The notes under the pieces were generated by a model. It was not told where the DNA came from. It saw only the letters and a program-made list of their open reading frames with translations, and searched no databases. Positions 61,591 through 64,000 of a DNA stretch of 64,000 bases are shown here, in pieces. The number at the start of each line of letters is the position of its first letter. Positions within the stretch are counted from its first letter, which is position 1. Position numbers and translations under genes: made by a program. Location of the stretch: positions 13,454,001 to 13,518,000 of the forward strand of contig JBHGNT010000011.1 in the NCBI GenBank assembly GCA_043228905.1. The letters run 5' to 3'. The DNA is from Azolla caroliniana. Its lineage: Eukaryota > Plantae > Polypodiophyta.

Positions 61591-64000
61591 TATTGGAGTT
61601 GAAGCTTCCTGGCTGTGGTGCTTGCGGCAAAGATCTTCTTCAGATTTCCCCAAGCATCCTTTGGCGTTTTCACATCTCGAATATAGCTCAGGAGTTGTTC
61701 GCCCACCCAAGACGCGAAGCAGTACAAAAGTCTGCTCGCCGACTGTTCCCACGCCGGAAAATCTCTGTGTGTCGATTCGGGAGCTGTATCATTTGCTCCG
61801 TCGACCGAGCTCCAGTAACCGTGCCCGAGCAGGTACTTGTGCATCTTGTAGGACCAAGACACGTAGTTGTTTCTATTGAACATCTCAGTAGGAAGTGAGC
61901 TAGCCATGCCTCTCTCCATTTTGTTTTTCCTGTTCTTCTTGGTTAGTTTTCTTTTCAAGCTATGTCGGTTGCAGAGGTTCTCAACCCTCGTGCTCTGATA
62001 CCATGTAAAAGAATACGTGCAGAAACAATAGAAAACCGAACATAGAAAATAGCAGGTTTAATGGAGAGCTTAGGATATACACACAATATGCGGGAGAGAC
62101 AGAGAGAGAGAGAGAGAACACACAGAAACTCAATTCAAAATAATACTCAATCTGTACATACACCGTCCTCAGTGAGCACCTTTTATACAAGCCCTAACAA
62201 TAGGGCTGACACAAGTACTGACAGTACTTGACCGCTCATAAATGAGCCTACTACACTAACTCCCAAAATTATTCCTTATGAGGAATATCTTCCCAATGGC
62301 CTCACGGTTTACGCACCGATACGGAAATGTTATGTGTACCAATTTACGCACCCAATCTACGCACTGGTTTACACATCGTATTACGCACGAATGTTGAGCT
62401 TGTCTCTCAACAAGATTCGACTCCGTTTGGGACAAGACTCCTTTGTCTTTCCTCCTTGCCTCCTCGTTTAGGATGCTTGTCTTTACCGTCTGTAAAGAAA
62501 ACTTCTCTTCTTGACAGGAGGTGCTGAGAGTAACCACCAAGTTCTCCCAGCTTTCCGGCAGCATACACATAAGCAAGATGGCCTACATTGCATCATCCAG
62601 GGGAAACTTGGTCGTAGCAAGTTGATTTACATACCCCATAAATGTGTTGATGTGTTTGACGATGCTCTCACCGTCTCTGTATTTCAGTCGTATGATTTTA
62701 CACATTAGCGAGGTTTTGTTTAGCACGTTCTTCCTCTCGTACAGACCCGACAACTTCTGCCACATCTCGTGGGCATTCGTGTCATTCGCCACATGCTGAA
62801 GGACACTTACATTGACACATTGTCGGATTGTGGCCACTGCCTTCCTATTCAGAAGCTTCCAGTCCGACTCCAATACCCCCCTGGGTATTTTTGCTCTATC
62901 GACTGGCTCGTACAGGTCTTTAAATATAAGAAGATCTTCCATCTTTATCTTCTAGTCTGCATAGTTCTGTGACTTCAGAACTATCATACCTGGGAAACCG
63001 CTAACACCTCCTTCCATGCTTGCACCTCAAGCTCTGATACTAGTTGGTCGAGAAATCGTTGCGGAATATAAATCACAATGAACAGACAATGCTGAAATAC
63101 GAATCAGACCCAAATGCGAGAAAGACAACATAGACGACTATAAACATAGATTTACGTGGAAACCCTAAAACGGGGAAAACCACGGGTGAACAGAATTTCT
63201 TCCCTATACGAAGTGGATATACAATACAAAGATGAATACAATACTCTGTCGAGTGTATCAACCGCATAGGGCTCTTCGTGTCTGCTGTTACTCACACAGC
63301 TATGGCGCGGCTCACACTTCTCTCTCTCACACACTCTCTGCACAAAGTTTTCAACTACTTCTGTTCCTACATCTCTCATAACATGTTTGCCCTAGTTGCA
63401 TATATACTTACGCAACTTTCTGGTTATTTACATACGTAGCCCTCATGAGGCGCACACTAAGGCTATTTACAAATATAGTCTCCCGAGTTGGCTATATACA
63501 CATAGCCCTCATCAAATCGGCTCCTGTTTTTCGACCGTCGGCCTTTCCGAACAATCGGATCTTCCTCCCACTGAAGGGACAAATTCCCAACAGATATTAA
63601 GCTAATCTAAAATACTATCTTCACTGTTATTGTTTCATGTCTTGTGTGAAGAACCACACTCAATTTTGTACATTCCATGCAATTTTCACACCATTGCCGA
63701 AAATCTTCACAATAGCGGGCGGGGTTGGGGGGTCATAACTTGGTACTCGCGAGAGACGTCGAGGTAGAGGTCTAACTCTCGTATGTCGTCAACCTCGAGA
63801 TCGGTGGGCTAGTTGAATGTTGCACATTCGATACTGAATATGTGGGTATGAACCAATGAAACCCTAAAGGGGGAACGTAGGCAGTAGCGCTCTCTAGCAG
63901 GCCGGGGGTGAGGGTGTCGGCGGTTCAGTGTAAGCGAACCAATGTGGTGAAGATTTGGGCCAACTAGTCGTCGTTGACTTGCATCATGACATCGGAAGGG

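Larger units (their letters stand above)
57693..62412 (-). mobile_element. Nested Copia with paired LTRs (57693-58094, 62004-62412), internally deleted
   Basis: Perfect TSD AGATT; PBS TGGTATCAGAGC (61992-62003); gag NYVSW, CWYCAKKGHRESEC knuckle, WYVDSGASNHM, RT/RH remnants. Confidence 0.96.
53630..63592 (-). mobile_element. Full-length Tork/Tnt1-like Copia with paired LTRs (53630-54195, about 63042-63592), degenerate pol and a nested insertion
   Basis: Perfect TSD GATAT; iMet PBS at 63031-63042; PPT at 54196-54210; WVIDFGAS, ELNGLAERMNRT, QLDVKTAFLHG, YAMVCTRPDI, KHIQRRYHW. Confidence 0.96.

Overview
Eukaryotic, land-plant-type genomic DNA. A fern or other non-flowering plant is plausible from the element types, but this is inference. 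The window is almost entirely nested, decayed transposons around one intact host gene, a three-exon cytosolic type II peroxiredoxin (32419-34515, +, 164 aa, PRXIIB-like). Transposon content: four substantial Copia elements (one TSD-bounded Tork/Tnt1-like element at 53630-63592 with a second Copia and a Gypsy-type LTR nested inside), two tRNA-Trp-primed non-chromovirus Gypsy elements, chromovirus LTRs and a chromodomain, solo LTRs, about eight L1-type LINE fragments (several with clear TSDs, one 5'-inverted), two RTE-X/CR1-like LINE tails, a hAT MITE, and a TIR-type repeat carrying a decayed cold-shock-domain gene. The most notable signal is shared by both Trp-primed Gypsy elements: the gag-protease frame ends at GAT-TTT-stop, followed by a covarying stem and putative H-type pseudoknot, and RT continues in the -1 frame. 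This is a candidate programmed -1 ribosomal frameshift between protease and RT. Other signals: an extra ORF after integrase and mismatched LTRs in one Gypsy, a Copia family with two PPTs bracketing a conserved charged tail on Pol, a twin-primed LINE, a gag fragment and a tRNA-like unit inside LTR U3 regions, and a convergent double tRNA-like element on both sides of the peroxiredoxin gene. All alignments were made by eye and no database searches were run.
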